Positions 25,906 through 34,133 of a stretch of 64,000 nt of DNA are shown in pieces. Both the position numbers and the translations under genes were made by a program. The notes beneath the pieces are model-generated. The model searched no databases. It was not told the DNA's origin and saw only the letters and a program-made list of their open reading frames with translations. The stretch's first letter is position 1. Every line of letters starts with the position of its first letter. This stretch comes from Bacillota bacterium (GTDB lineage: Bacteria > Bacillota > Clostridia > Peptostreptococcales > Anaerovoracaceae), in assembly GCA_021769295.1 (NCBI GenBank), contig JAETTD010000011.1, forward strand, positions 134-64,133. The letters run 5' to 3'.

Positions 25906-26005
25906 ACGGCCGCCACGGCCCGAGCCACATCCCGTAGCCGCCCCTCCACCCTTCACACTGTACGTGCCTTTCACATACTATGAAGATAGAATCGGGAGGT
26001 GTTTT

Positions 26006-27286
26006 TTGTTGGAAAGTTACTACATAGAAGGTGGCGTGCCTCTGAGAGGCGAATACAGAATAAAGGGAGCCAAAAATTCTGCTCTGCCTGTTATGGCAGC
26101 AACCGTATGCAGAGGCGGCGTATATGAAATATACGACTGTCCACGCATAGGCGACGTGTTCGCCATGGAAGAAATTCTAAAAGCATTGGGCGCTAAAACC
26201 AGGTGGGAAAAGGATTGTATCATAGTAGACAGCAGAGGGATCAACGAATTCGCCGTTCCCGAGAATCTTATGGCAGAAATGCGTTCATCTGTTTTTCTCA
26301 TGGGAAGCTTGCTTGCAAGGAGCGGAGAGGCGATAATATACAGACCCGGAGGATGCAACATAGGTAAAAGACCGATAGATATACATATAGACGGCCTTGA
26401 ACAGCTGGGATTTGAAGTTGAAAGCGACGACGAAAGAATTTCGTGCAAAGGAACATGCAGAGGAGGAAAGATAACCCTTGCCTATCCCAGCGTGGGAGCA
26501 ACCGAAAATCTGATTATGGCAGCTTTGGCAGGAAACGGAGACACCATAATAGAAAATTGCGCCACTGAGCCGGAAATTGCGGATTTGCAGGGATTTCTGA
26601 GAACCGGCGGATTTCAGGTTTTCGGTGCCGGAACCGATACGATTTTTGTTAAGGGAGCAGGGAGAGAAAGCAGAAATCAGGGCCCTGAGAACATGATGTA
26701 TTTCATATTGGAAGACAGGATAGAAGCAGCCACTTATATGGCGGCAGTCTTGGGAACGAGGGGAAGAGCGGCCTTTCGGAACATAAGACCTGAGATTATG
26801 AGAGAAGTTCTTGGCTGCTTTGAACGAATGGGAGCGAGAGTCAGGACCTTTGAAAATACCATAGAAATCTGGTCGCCGGGCAGGCTGAAAAGCCCGGGAA
26901 TAGTAGTTACCCAGCCATATCCGGGGTTTCCGACCGACTGCCAGCCTCAGCTTATGACATTATGCTCCGTAGCGAAGGGGCTTACTACGGTGCGGGAAGA
27001 AATTTTCGAGAGCAGATTTACCCATAAAAATGATTTGATTAAAATGGGCGCAGATATTGAAACTTGCGGTAAAAATGCTATAATAAAAGGAGTTGAAACT
27101 CTGCAGGGAAGCGAAGTCTGCGCCCGCGATTTGCGTGGAGGCGCAGCTCTTATACTGGCAGGCCTTATGGCTGAAGGCACAACCGTCATAAACGACGCTT
27201 TTCATGTGCAGAGAGGATACGAGGATTTGGAAAAAGGACTTAACTCTTTAGGTGGAATCATTGAAACAAAAAGAAAAAAAACGTAG
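26006..27286 (+). CDS. murA: UDP-N-acetylglucosamine 1-carboxyvinyltransferase
   Basis: I start at TTG 26006, 6 nt after GGGAGG. The ORF-track ATG at 25895 reads through the GTATAC repeat. Motifs KGAKNSALPVMAA and active-site RPGGCNIGKRPID (Cys type). Confidence 0.9.
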   Translation: MLESYYIEGGVPLRGEYRIKGAKNSALPVMAATVCRGGVYEIYDCPRIGDVFAMEEILKALGAKTRWEKDCIIVDSRGINEFAVPENLMAEMRSSVFLMGSLLARSGEAIIYRPGGCNIGKRPIDIHIDGLEQLGFEVESDDERISCKGTCRGGKITLAYPSVGATENLIMAALAGNGDTIIENCATEPEIADLQGFLRTGGFQVFGAGTDTIFVKGAGRESRNQGPENMMYFILEDRIEAATYMAAVLGTRGRAAFRNIRPEIMREVLGCFERMGARVRTFENTIEIWSPGRLKSPGIVVTQPYPGFPTDCQPQLMTLCSVAKGLTTVREEIFESRFTHKNDLIKMGADIETCGKNAIIKGVETLQGSEVCARDLRGGAALILAGLMAEGTTVINDAFHVQRGYEDLEKGLNSLGGIIETKRKKT

Positions 27287-28007
27287 AAAGTCAAAAATGA
27301 GTCCTCTTGTAAAACTGCTCATAGTGATAGCTCTCGGAGTGGGGCTTTACTTCTTTGCATCGTCATCTTTTTTTGACGTGACGGAATTTGAAGTAAAAGG
27401 CAACGTATACTACAGCGAGGATGAAATCTTAACCATGGGCAACTGCAAGACAGGAGGCAATATATTCTGGGGTTCAGGCTGCGGCGACATTAAAAAGCGC
27501 CTCGAAAAGGACGCCTATATGGAAAAGGTAAAGGTTAAAAGAATACTTCCCGACAAAATTTCCATAGAGCTTACCGAAAGAACTCAGATTGCTGCCGTCG
27601 TTTACGGAGAAAATTATGTGGTGGTAGACGCCGGGGGAACGGTGCTGCGTAAGACGGAGGCAGAGCCGGAGCTTACCCTGATTTACGGTCTTACCATAAG
27701 CAAACTTGAGGTAGGGCAACTTATAGAAGCGGAGCAGAAAGTTTTACTGAGACAGACGTTGGAGATGCTCGATATAATGAGCAAGTCGGATATGTATTTC
27801 AAAAAGATAGAGATTTCCGACGCCGGCGTCAAGGCATATGTGCTTGACTATCTCATCTGTAAAGGCACTCCTCAGAGCATCATGAAGGCTATGGAGGAAG
27901 GCAACCTGCAAAAAGTAGTCAAGGGACTTTTCGACATAAATATCGAAAGAGGAACTATAAAAGTGAGCGGTGAGGAATATATTTCCTTCGACCCTACTTT
28001 AGATTGA
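27252..28007 (+). CDS. ftsQ: Cell division protein FtsQ/DivIB (POTRA domain)
   Basis: Basic N-terminus, one TM helix (LVKLLIVIALGVGLYFF) and a POTRA-like segment (FDVTEFEVKGNVYYSEDEI). The start is uncertain: GTG 27252 overlapping murA, or ATG 27297. Confidence 0.8.
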   Translation: MESLKQKEKKRRKSKMSPLVKLLIVIALGVGLYFFASSSFFDVTEFEVKGNVYYSEDEILTMGNCKTGGNIFWGSGCGDIKKRLEKDAYMEKVKVKRILPDKISIELTERTQIAAVVYGENYVVVDAGGTVLRKTEAEPELTLIYGLTISKLEVGQLIEAEQKVLLRQTLEMLDIMSKSDMYFKKIEISDAGVKAYVLDYLICKGTPQSIMKAMEEGNLQKVVKGLFDINIERGTIKVSGEEYISFDPTLD

Positions 28008-28104
28008 AAAACATCAAAAAAACCCTAAAAATTAGTGTAAATATCCACTGATATATGATACAATAAAAAAGATAATCGGGAATACCAAGGAGGAAGTATT
28101 TAAG

Positions 28105-29259
28105 ATGCTACAGATTGAGACAGAAATGGAAAAAGCGGCAGTCATTAAGGTAATCGGCGTTGGCGGCGGCGGATGCAATGCGGTGAACCGCATGGTGGAA
28201 GCAGGCCTGCAGGGAGTCGAGTTTATTGCCGTTAATACAGATAGACAAGCCTTAAACAGGTGTTTGGCAGAGACCAAAATTCAGATAGGAGAAAAGCTGA
28301 CCAGAGGACTGGGCGCAGGAGCCAATCCCGAGGTGGGCCAGAGAGCGGCAGAAGAAACTTTGGATGAGATAACCGGCATAATGGACGGGGCAGATATGAT
28401 TTTCGTTACCGCAGGTATGGGAGGCGGAACAGGAACAGGAGCTGCGCCTATTATCGCCAAAGCCGCAAGAGATATGGGAATACTCACGGTAGGCGTCGTT
28501 ACAAAACCTTTCTCTTTTGAAGGAGCCAAGAGAAGAAAACAGGCTGAGCTGGGTATCAGCTTCTTAAAGAGATATGTGGATTCTCTCGTAGTGGTACCTA
28601 ACGATAAATTGCTTCAGAATTGCGAAAGAAACACCTCCATGCTGGATGCTTTCCGCATGGCCGACGACGTTTTGAGACAGGGCGTTCAGGGAATTTCGGA
28701 TTTGATTTCCGACTTCGCTTTGATCAATGTGGACTTTGCGGATGTTAAGTCGGTAATGACGGACAGAGGCATTGCACACATGGGAACAGGAAAAGGAACA
28801 GGCGAAAAGAGAGCGGAAAGCGCTGTCAAATCTGCCATCGAGAGTCCGCTTCTCGAAACTACCATTGCGGGAGCAAAGGCTATTCTCCTCTATGTTTCCG
28901 GCGGATACGACCTGGGAATGCTTGAAGTCAGCGAAATCGCAGGTATGGTTGAGGAACAGGCAGACAGAGACTGCATCCTGATATTCGGAGCTGCCGTAAA
29001 CGAAGATATGGATGACGAAATCGCAATTACGGTTATCGCAACCGGATTTGACGAAGGACTGGAGAAAGAAGAAGCGGAGGCTGCCCCTTCGGTAGGTCTT
29101 GAAAAGAAGAAACCCGACGTTCAGGAACCTGCAAAATCGGAAGAAGTGATATTTGGCGAAGTTGAAGGATTGAGCGGAACCGAGCGTACATTGCAGGATA
29201 TACTCAGCAGTGAAGAAGGCGGCACATCAAAGTTCGAGATTCCGGATTTTCTAAAATAG
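28105..29259 (+). CDS. ftsZ: Cell division GTPase FtsZ
   Basis: 384 aa. Tubulin signature [10 protein letters not shown] and [26 protein letters not shown]. Confidence 0.98.
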   Translation: MLQIETEMEKAAVIKVIGVGGGGCNAVNRMVEAGLQGVEFIAVNTDRQALNRCLAETKIQIGEKLTRGLGAGANPEVGQRAAEETLDEITGIMDGADMIFVTAGMGGGTGTGAAPIIAKAARDMGILTVGVVTKPFSFEGAKRRKQAELGISFLKRYVDSLVVVPNDKLLQNCERNTSMLDAFRMADDVLRQGVQGISDLISDFALINVDFADVKSVMTDRGIAHMGTGKGTGEKRAESAVKSAIESPLLETTIAGAKAILLYVSGGYDLGMLEVSEIAGMVEEQADRDCILIFGAAVNEDMDDEIAITVIATGFDEGLEKEEAEAAPSVGLEKKKPDVQEPAKSEEVIFGEVEGLSGTERTLQDILSSEEGGTSKFEIPDFLK

Positions 29260-29268
29260 AAATTTAAG

Positions 29269-29291
29269 GAGCCGGTTTAGACCGGCTCTTT
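29269..29291 (+). terminator. Terminator after ftsZ
   Basis: GAGCCGGT (29269-29276) / ACCGGCTC (29281-29288) with a 4-nt loop and a short TTT tract. Confidence 0.6.
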
Positions 29292-29324
29292 GTGATAGAT
29301 ACCGAAGAGATTGTACGGATAAAA

Positions 29325-30113
29325 ATGACAGTGATTACTTCTAAAAACAATCAGGTTTACAAAAAATTTCAAAAACTTCTTGCAAAGAAATACAGAGACA
29401 GAATGGGGCTTTACATTATCGAAGGTGAAAACCTTATCGAAGAAGCGATAAAGAACGGAGCCCATGTGGAAGAAGCGCTGGTAAGAGCCGGCGACGAAAG
29501 CAAACTGCCCTGCGGCTTGGAGCAAGACAAGATATTTACAATCGAAAGAAATCTGTTTAAAGAGCTGTCCCGAACGGAAACCAGCCAGGGAATCATGGCC
29601 GCAGTCAGCAAACCGGAGTTTCACCGGGAGGATTTTACGAAAAACTGTGAAGGAAAGAACTTCGTCGTTCTGGACAGGCTGCAGGACCCGGGAAACATCG
29701 GTACGATTATAAGAACGGCAGATGCTGCCGGATACGGTCTTGTGGTTGCCATGAAAGGGACCGCTGATTTGTTTTCCCCCAAGGTGGTCAGGGCTGCCGC
29801 AGGCTCACTCTTCAGAGTGCCTGTGTTATTTTTGGACGATGAAGACAGTCTGATTGAATTTGCGAAAGCTGCAGGCAAAAAACTTGTTGCGACCTGCTTA
29901 GAGGACAGCAGATACTATTACGAAGAGAATTTGAGCAGCGACATCGGGCTGATTATAGGTAACGAAGGAAACGGAATCAGAGACAGCCTTATGGAAAAGG
30001 CGGATATAAAGATAAAAATACCCATGAAGGGAAACATAGAGTCACTGAACGCATCTGTGGCGGCGGCGATTATAATGTACGAATCGGTAAGAACCGGAGC
30101 ACGGAAAGCGTAA
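29325..30113 (+). CDS. TrmH/SpoU-family RNA 2'-O-methyltransferase (YsgA-like)
   Basis: SpoU motifs LQDPGNIGTIIRTADAAG, GNEGNGI and IESLNASVAAAIIMYE. It lies immediately upstream of pheS, as ysgA does in Bacillus. I start at ATG 29325. Confidence 0.85.
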   Translation: MTVITSKNNQVYKKFQKLLAKKYRDRMGLYIIEGENLIEEAIKNGAHVEEALVRAGDESKLPCGLEQDKIFTIERNLFKELSRTETSQGIMAAVSKPEFHREDFTKNCEGKNFVVLDRLQDPGNIGTIIRTADAAGYGLVVAMKGTADLFSPKVVRAAAGSLFRVPVLFLDDEDSLIEFAKAAGKKLVATCLEDSRYYYEENLSSDIGLIIGNEGNGIRDSLMEKADIKIKIPMKGNIESLNASVAAAIIMYESVRTGARKA

Positions 30114-30150
30114 GTGACGATTAAATAAATTCAACATTGAGAGGTACAAC

Positions 30151-31173
30151 ATGCAAGAGAGACTTAAAAAAATTCTGGAAGAATCGAGAGAGCAGCTGAA
30201 AAAAGCGGCTTCATTGCAGGATGCAGAAGAAACGAGAATTAAAGTGCTTGGCAAAAAAGGTGAGCTTACGGAAATTCTGAGGTCCATGGGCAAGCTGTCG
30301 CCTGACGAAAGAAAGGAACTGGGTCAGGCTGCCAATCAGGTAAGAGCGGAAGTGGAAAAGATGCTTTCCGACACGGTCAATAACCTGAAGGAAAAGGCAA
30401 AAGAGGCAAAGTTTAAAGCCGAAGCCATAGATGTTACGGAACCGGGTAAAACATACAAGCTGGGAACCAAGCACCCTATCACCATTACTATTGAAGAAAT
30501 TGCAAAAGTGTTTAAATCAATGGGATTTTCACTGGCAGAAGGACCTGAAGTCGAAACTGTCTTTTATAACTTTGATGCCCTCAATGCAGACCCTTATCAT
30601 CCGGCCAGAGACTGGACGGATACGTTTTACATAAATGATGAAATCTTGCTCAGAACACAGACCTCACCTGTACAGGTAAGGACCTTGCTGAGCCAGAAAC
30701 CTCCTATCAGAGTATTTGCGCCGGGAAGATGTTTCCGCTGCGATACTCCTGACGCAACTCACTCACCTATGTTCCATCAGGTCGAGGGACTGGTAGTCGA
30801 CGAGGGAATAACCATGGCAGACCTTAAAGGCGTGTTGGACAGCTTTGCAAAGCAGATGTTCGGCTCTGACACAAGAACAAAGTTCAGACCGCACCACTTC
30901 CCGTTTACGGAGCCGTCCGCAGAAATGGATGTTTCATGCTTTAAGTGCGGCGGAAAAGGATGCAGGGTATGCAAAGGCAGCGGCTGGATTGAAATCTTGG
31001 GCTGCGGCATGGTTCATCCGAGCGTTCTCAGAGTAGGCGGAGTAGACACGGAGAAATATACGGGATTTGCTTTCGGAATGGGCGTAGAGAGAATAGCAAT
31101 GCTCAAATACGGAATCGATGACATAAGATTGCTCTATGAAAACGATATGCGTTTCATCGAGCAGTTCAAATAG
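30151..31173 (+). CDS. pheS: Phenylalanine--tRNA ligase alpha subunit
   Basis: 340 aa with class II motifs (FRCDTPDATHSPMFHQVEG, GFAFGMGVERIAM). Confidence 0.97.
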   Translation: MQERLKKILEESREQLKKAASLQDAEETRIKVLGKKGELTEILRSMGKLSPDERKELGQAANQVRAEVEKMLSDTVNNLKEKAKEAKFKAEAIDVTEPGKTYKLGTKHPITITIEEIAKVFKSMGFSLAEGPEVETVFYNFDALNADPYHPARDWTDTFYINDEILLRTQTSPVQVRTLLSQKPPIRVFAPGRCFRCDTPDATHSPMFHQVEGLVVDEGITMADLKGVLDSFAKQMFGSDTRTKFRPHHFPFTEPSAEMDVSCFKCGGKGCRVCKGSGWIEILGCGMVHPSVLRVGGVDTEKYTGFAFGMGVERIAMLKYGIDDIRLLYENDMRFIEQFK

Positions 31174-31185
31174 GAGGCATGAAAT

Positions 31186-33648
31186 ATGATAGTTTCACTT
31201 GAATGGTTAAAAGATTATACAGATATAAACGTCAGCCCTGAAGAATTCTGCGACAGAATGATAATGTCCGGTTCCAATCTTGAAACGTTGGAAAACGTAG
31301 GCCGTGACATGGAAAAGGTCGTAGTGGGCAAAATAGTTAAAATAGAAAAACATCCCGATGCCGATAAGCTTGTAGTCTGTCAGTTGGATGTAGGGGAAGA
31401 AGAACCTGTGCAGATAGTGACAGGCGCTCCCAACGTGTTTGAGGGAGCCTATGTGCCGGTTGCTCTGAACGGAAGCAGGATTCCTGGACCCCTTCACGGA
31501 CAGCCTAAAAAAGAGGGCGGAGTAAAGATAAAGGCAGGTAAGCTGAGAGGCGTTGAGTCCAACGGAATGCTGTGCTCCTTCGGAGAACTGGGATTTCAGG
31601 ATAAAGTCGTTCCGGTAAATCAGAGAGACGGAATATGGATTTTGGGAGGAGAATATCCTCTGGGCATGGACTTTGCAGAAGCCCTGAAGCTTAAGGATTC
31701 CATAATAGACTTTGAGATAACGCCTAACAGACCTGACTGTCTTTCGATGCTGGGTATGGCCAGAGAAGCGGCAGCCACATTTGAGGAAAAGGTTTCATAT
31801 CCCGACACCAAGTGTACCACAGAAGAGGGAAATGCCGCCGATTTTATAAACGTCGAAATAAAATCACCGCTCTGCAAGCGTTATGTGGCAAGAATAGTAA
31901 AAGACGTTAAAGTTGAAGATTCGCCTTGGTGGCTCCAGAGAAGACTTATACATGCAGGTATGAGACCTATAAATAACATAGTTGACATAACCAACTTTGT
32001 AATGCTCGAATACGGTCAGCCTCTCCACGCTTTCGACATCAACAGCGTTGCGGGACGCAAAATCGTAGTTGATACCGCAGAGGAGGGCGAAAAATTCACA
32101 ACCCTTGACGGAACCGAAAGAACTCTGGACGATAAGATGCTGATGATTCATGACGCCGAAAAATCCATTGCGGTTGCCGGAGTCATGGGCGGACTTAATT
32201 CGGAAATAGAAAAAGATACCAATACGATAGTTGTGGAATCCGCAAATTTCCTGGGTAATAGCGTAAGAACCACGGCAAAGAGACTGGGACTGCGTACAGA
32301 AGCGTCCTCACGCTACGAAAAAGGCATTGACCCTAATCTGTGTCATGCCGCCGCAGACAGAGTTTGCAGACTCATTGAGCTTATAGGCGCAGGAACTGTA
32401 GTTGGAGGCTGTGTAGACGTATATCCCAATGTGGAAGAAGCAAAGACGGTCCTCGGCAGGGTGAGCAGAATAAATAAGGTCCTCGGAATAAATATTTCAA
32501 GGGAAGAAATGGTCAAATACTTTGAAAACCTTGAAATGAAAGTAGAAGGCGAGGGGGATGAAATGTATGTAACTCCTCCTACCGTCAGACAGGACATAGA
32601 AATCGAAGAGGACTTGATTGAAGAAGTCGCAAGACTTTACGGCTACGACAAACTTCCTGTAACCATTCCTAAGGGAAATAACGAAGCTTCCCAGTCCTAT
32701 GAAAGAGACATCAAGGACTTGGCAAGAGAAACCATGTGCGCTCTGGGAGCCAATGAAATTCAGACTTATTCCTTTGTCAGCCCTAAGGGAGTGGACAACA
32801 TAAGAATAGATGAAGATTCATGGGAAAGAGCTTTTGTAAAAATTCTGAACCCTCTCGGAGAAGATACTTCGGTCATGAGAACCGTTTTGACCCCGAGCAT
32901 GCTGGAAGTGCTTGCAAGAAACTATTCAAGAAATATAGAGGCCGTACGCGCCTTTGAAATAGGAAATACTTTCATGTCGAACCTTATGGAGCCGGATAAG
33001 CTTCCTATCGAAAGCGACGCCATGTCCATAGGTTTTTACGGCAAGGATGAAGACTTCTTTACCCTCAAGGGAGCCGTAAGCGAGCTCCTCGAAAAGCTGG
33101 GAATCAAGGAAGTGGAGTTTGTAGCCGAAAAAGAATACGGCACCTATCACCCGGGCAGATGCGCAAGAATAATGACGCGGGAAGTGACATACGGAGAGAA
33201 CGGACCTGAGGAAGAGTTTGTTGAACTGGGAATAATGGGAGAAGTTCATCCTGATGTTACCGAAAAGTATGGAATAGGTACAAGATGCTACACGGCTGAA
33301 CTTATGCTCAACGTGATAACCGAGCTTGCCGATACCGAAAAAGCATATTCGCCGCTGCCTAAATATCCGGCAACTTCAAGAGATATAGCTCTCGTAGTAA
33401 ACGAGGATATGACAGTAGGCCAGATAGAAAAAGTAATTGAAAAAGCAGGCGGCAAAATTTTGAGAAAAGTAGAGCTGTTTGACGTTTACAGAGGACCTCA
33501 GGTTGGAGAAGGCAAGAAGAGCGTGGCCTTTGCCCTTACTTACAGGCACGATGACAAGACTTTGACCGACGAAGATGTAAATGCCGTACACAAGAAGATA
33601 CTTTCCAACTTAAAAGAAAAATTGGATGTTGTTCTCAGAGATATTTAA
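31186..33648 (+). CDS. pheT: Phenylalanine--tRNA ligase beta subunit
   Basis: 820 aa. N-terminal tRNA-binding (EMAP-like) domain, B3/4 and B5 domains, and a C-terminal FDX-ACB domain. Confidence 0.97.
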   Translation: MIVSLEWLKDYTDINVSPEEFCDRMIMSGSNLETLENVGRDMEKVVVGKIVKIEKHPDADKLVVCQLDVGEEEPVQIVTGAPNVFEGAYVPVALNGSRIPGPLHGQPKKEGGVKIKAGKLRGVESNGMLCSFGELGFQDKVVPVNQRDGIWILGGEYPLGMDFAEALKLKDSIIDFEITPNRPDCLSMLGMAREAAATFEEKVSYPDTKCTTEEGNAADFINVEIKSPLCKRYVARIVKDVKVEDSPWWLQRRLIHAGMRPINNIVDITNFVMLEYGQPLHAFDINSVAGRKIVVDTAEEGEKFTTLDGTERTLDDKMLMIHDAEKSIAVAGVMGGLNSEIEKDTNTIVVESANFLGNSVRTTAKRLGLRTEASSRYEKGIDPNLCHAAADRVCRLIELIGAGTVVGGCVDVYPNVEEAKTVLGRVSRINKVLGINISREEMVKYFENLEMKVEGEGDEMYVTPPTVRQDIEIEEDLIEEVARLYGYDKLPVTIPKGNNEASQSYERDIKDLARETMCALGANEIQTYSFVSPKGVDNIRIDEDSWERAFVKILNPLGEDTSVMRTVLTPSMLEVLARNYSRNIEAVRAFEIGNTFMSNLMEPDKLPIESDAMSIGFYGKDEDFFTLKGAVSELLEKLGIKEVEFVAEKEYGTYHPGRCARIMTREVTYGENGPEEEFVELGIMGEVHPDVTEKYGIGTRCYTAELMLNVITELADTEKAYSPLPKYPATSRDIALVVNEDMTVGQIEKVIEKAGGKILRKVELFDVYRGPQVGEGKKSVAFALTYRHDDKTLTDEDVNAVHKKILSNLKEKLDVVLRDI

Positions 33649-33659
33649 GGAGCGTTTTT

Positions 33660-34133
33660 ATGGAAAACAACAAGGCAAAAGTAAGAATTTACGGTCAGGA
33701 ATACACCATTGCGGGACAGAGAGACGAGGAGACCATAAGAGAGATTGCAGCTCACGTAAATGAGAAAATGCGGGAACTTGGCCGCAGTTTTTCTGTTGAC
33801 GGTCAGGGAACCCTTGCTGTTTTAACGGCTATAAACATAGCAGACGAATACTTTGAGGCAAAAGAAGAAATACGTAAACTTGAAGAAGTCAGAGAAAATC
33901 TTCAAAAAGATACGGAACATTATCTGAAACTGTGGGATGAAGCCAAGAAAAATTTCGCTCAGTATAAGGAGCAGGCGGCAAAGACCATGGAAGAGAAAAA
34001 AGAAAGCGAAGAAAAGTATAAGGAGCTGGAAGCACGCTGCAGCGAATTTGAAAATTCATTCTTTGATTTGCAGATGGAAAATTTGCAGCTGAAGAGCGAG
34101 CTTGAGAAGTACAAAAAAACTTATGGAATCTAA
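33660..34133 (+). CDS. zapA: Cell division protein ZapA with an extended coiled-coil C-terminus
   Basis: The N-terminal VRIYGQEYTIAGQRDEETIREIAAHVNEKM is the ZapA fold. The C-terminal ~80 aa are heptad-rich. Confidence 0.8.
   Translation: MENNKAKVRIYGQEYTIAGQRDEETIREIAAHVNEKMRELGRSFSVDGQGTLAVLTAINIADEYFEAKEEIRKLEEVRENLQKDTEHYLKLWDEAKKNFAQYKEQAAKTMEEKKESEEKYKELEARCSEFENSFFDLQMENLQLKSELEKYKKTYGI

Noticed and set aside
25743-25937. ORFs of 64-66 aa on both strands across GTATAC element copy 1, and the 37-codon N-terminal extension of murA from ATG 25895
   Set aside because: The equivalent ORFs over copy 2 (48019-48369 plus strand, 47938-48360 and 48081-48269 minus strand) are in different frames because of a 1-nt indel between the copies. 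The peptides are low-complexity. murA homology begins only at LESYYIEGG, which follows a GGGAGG RBS and TTG 26006.
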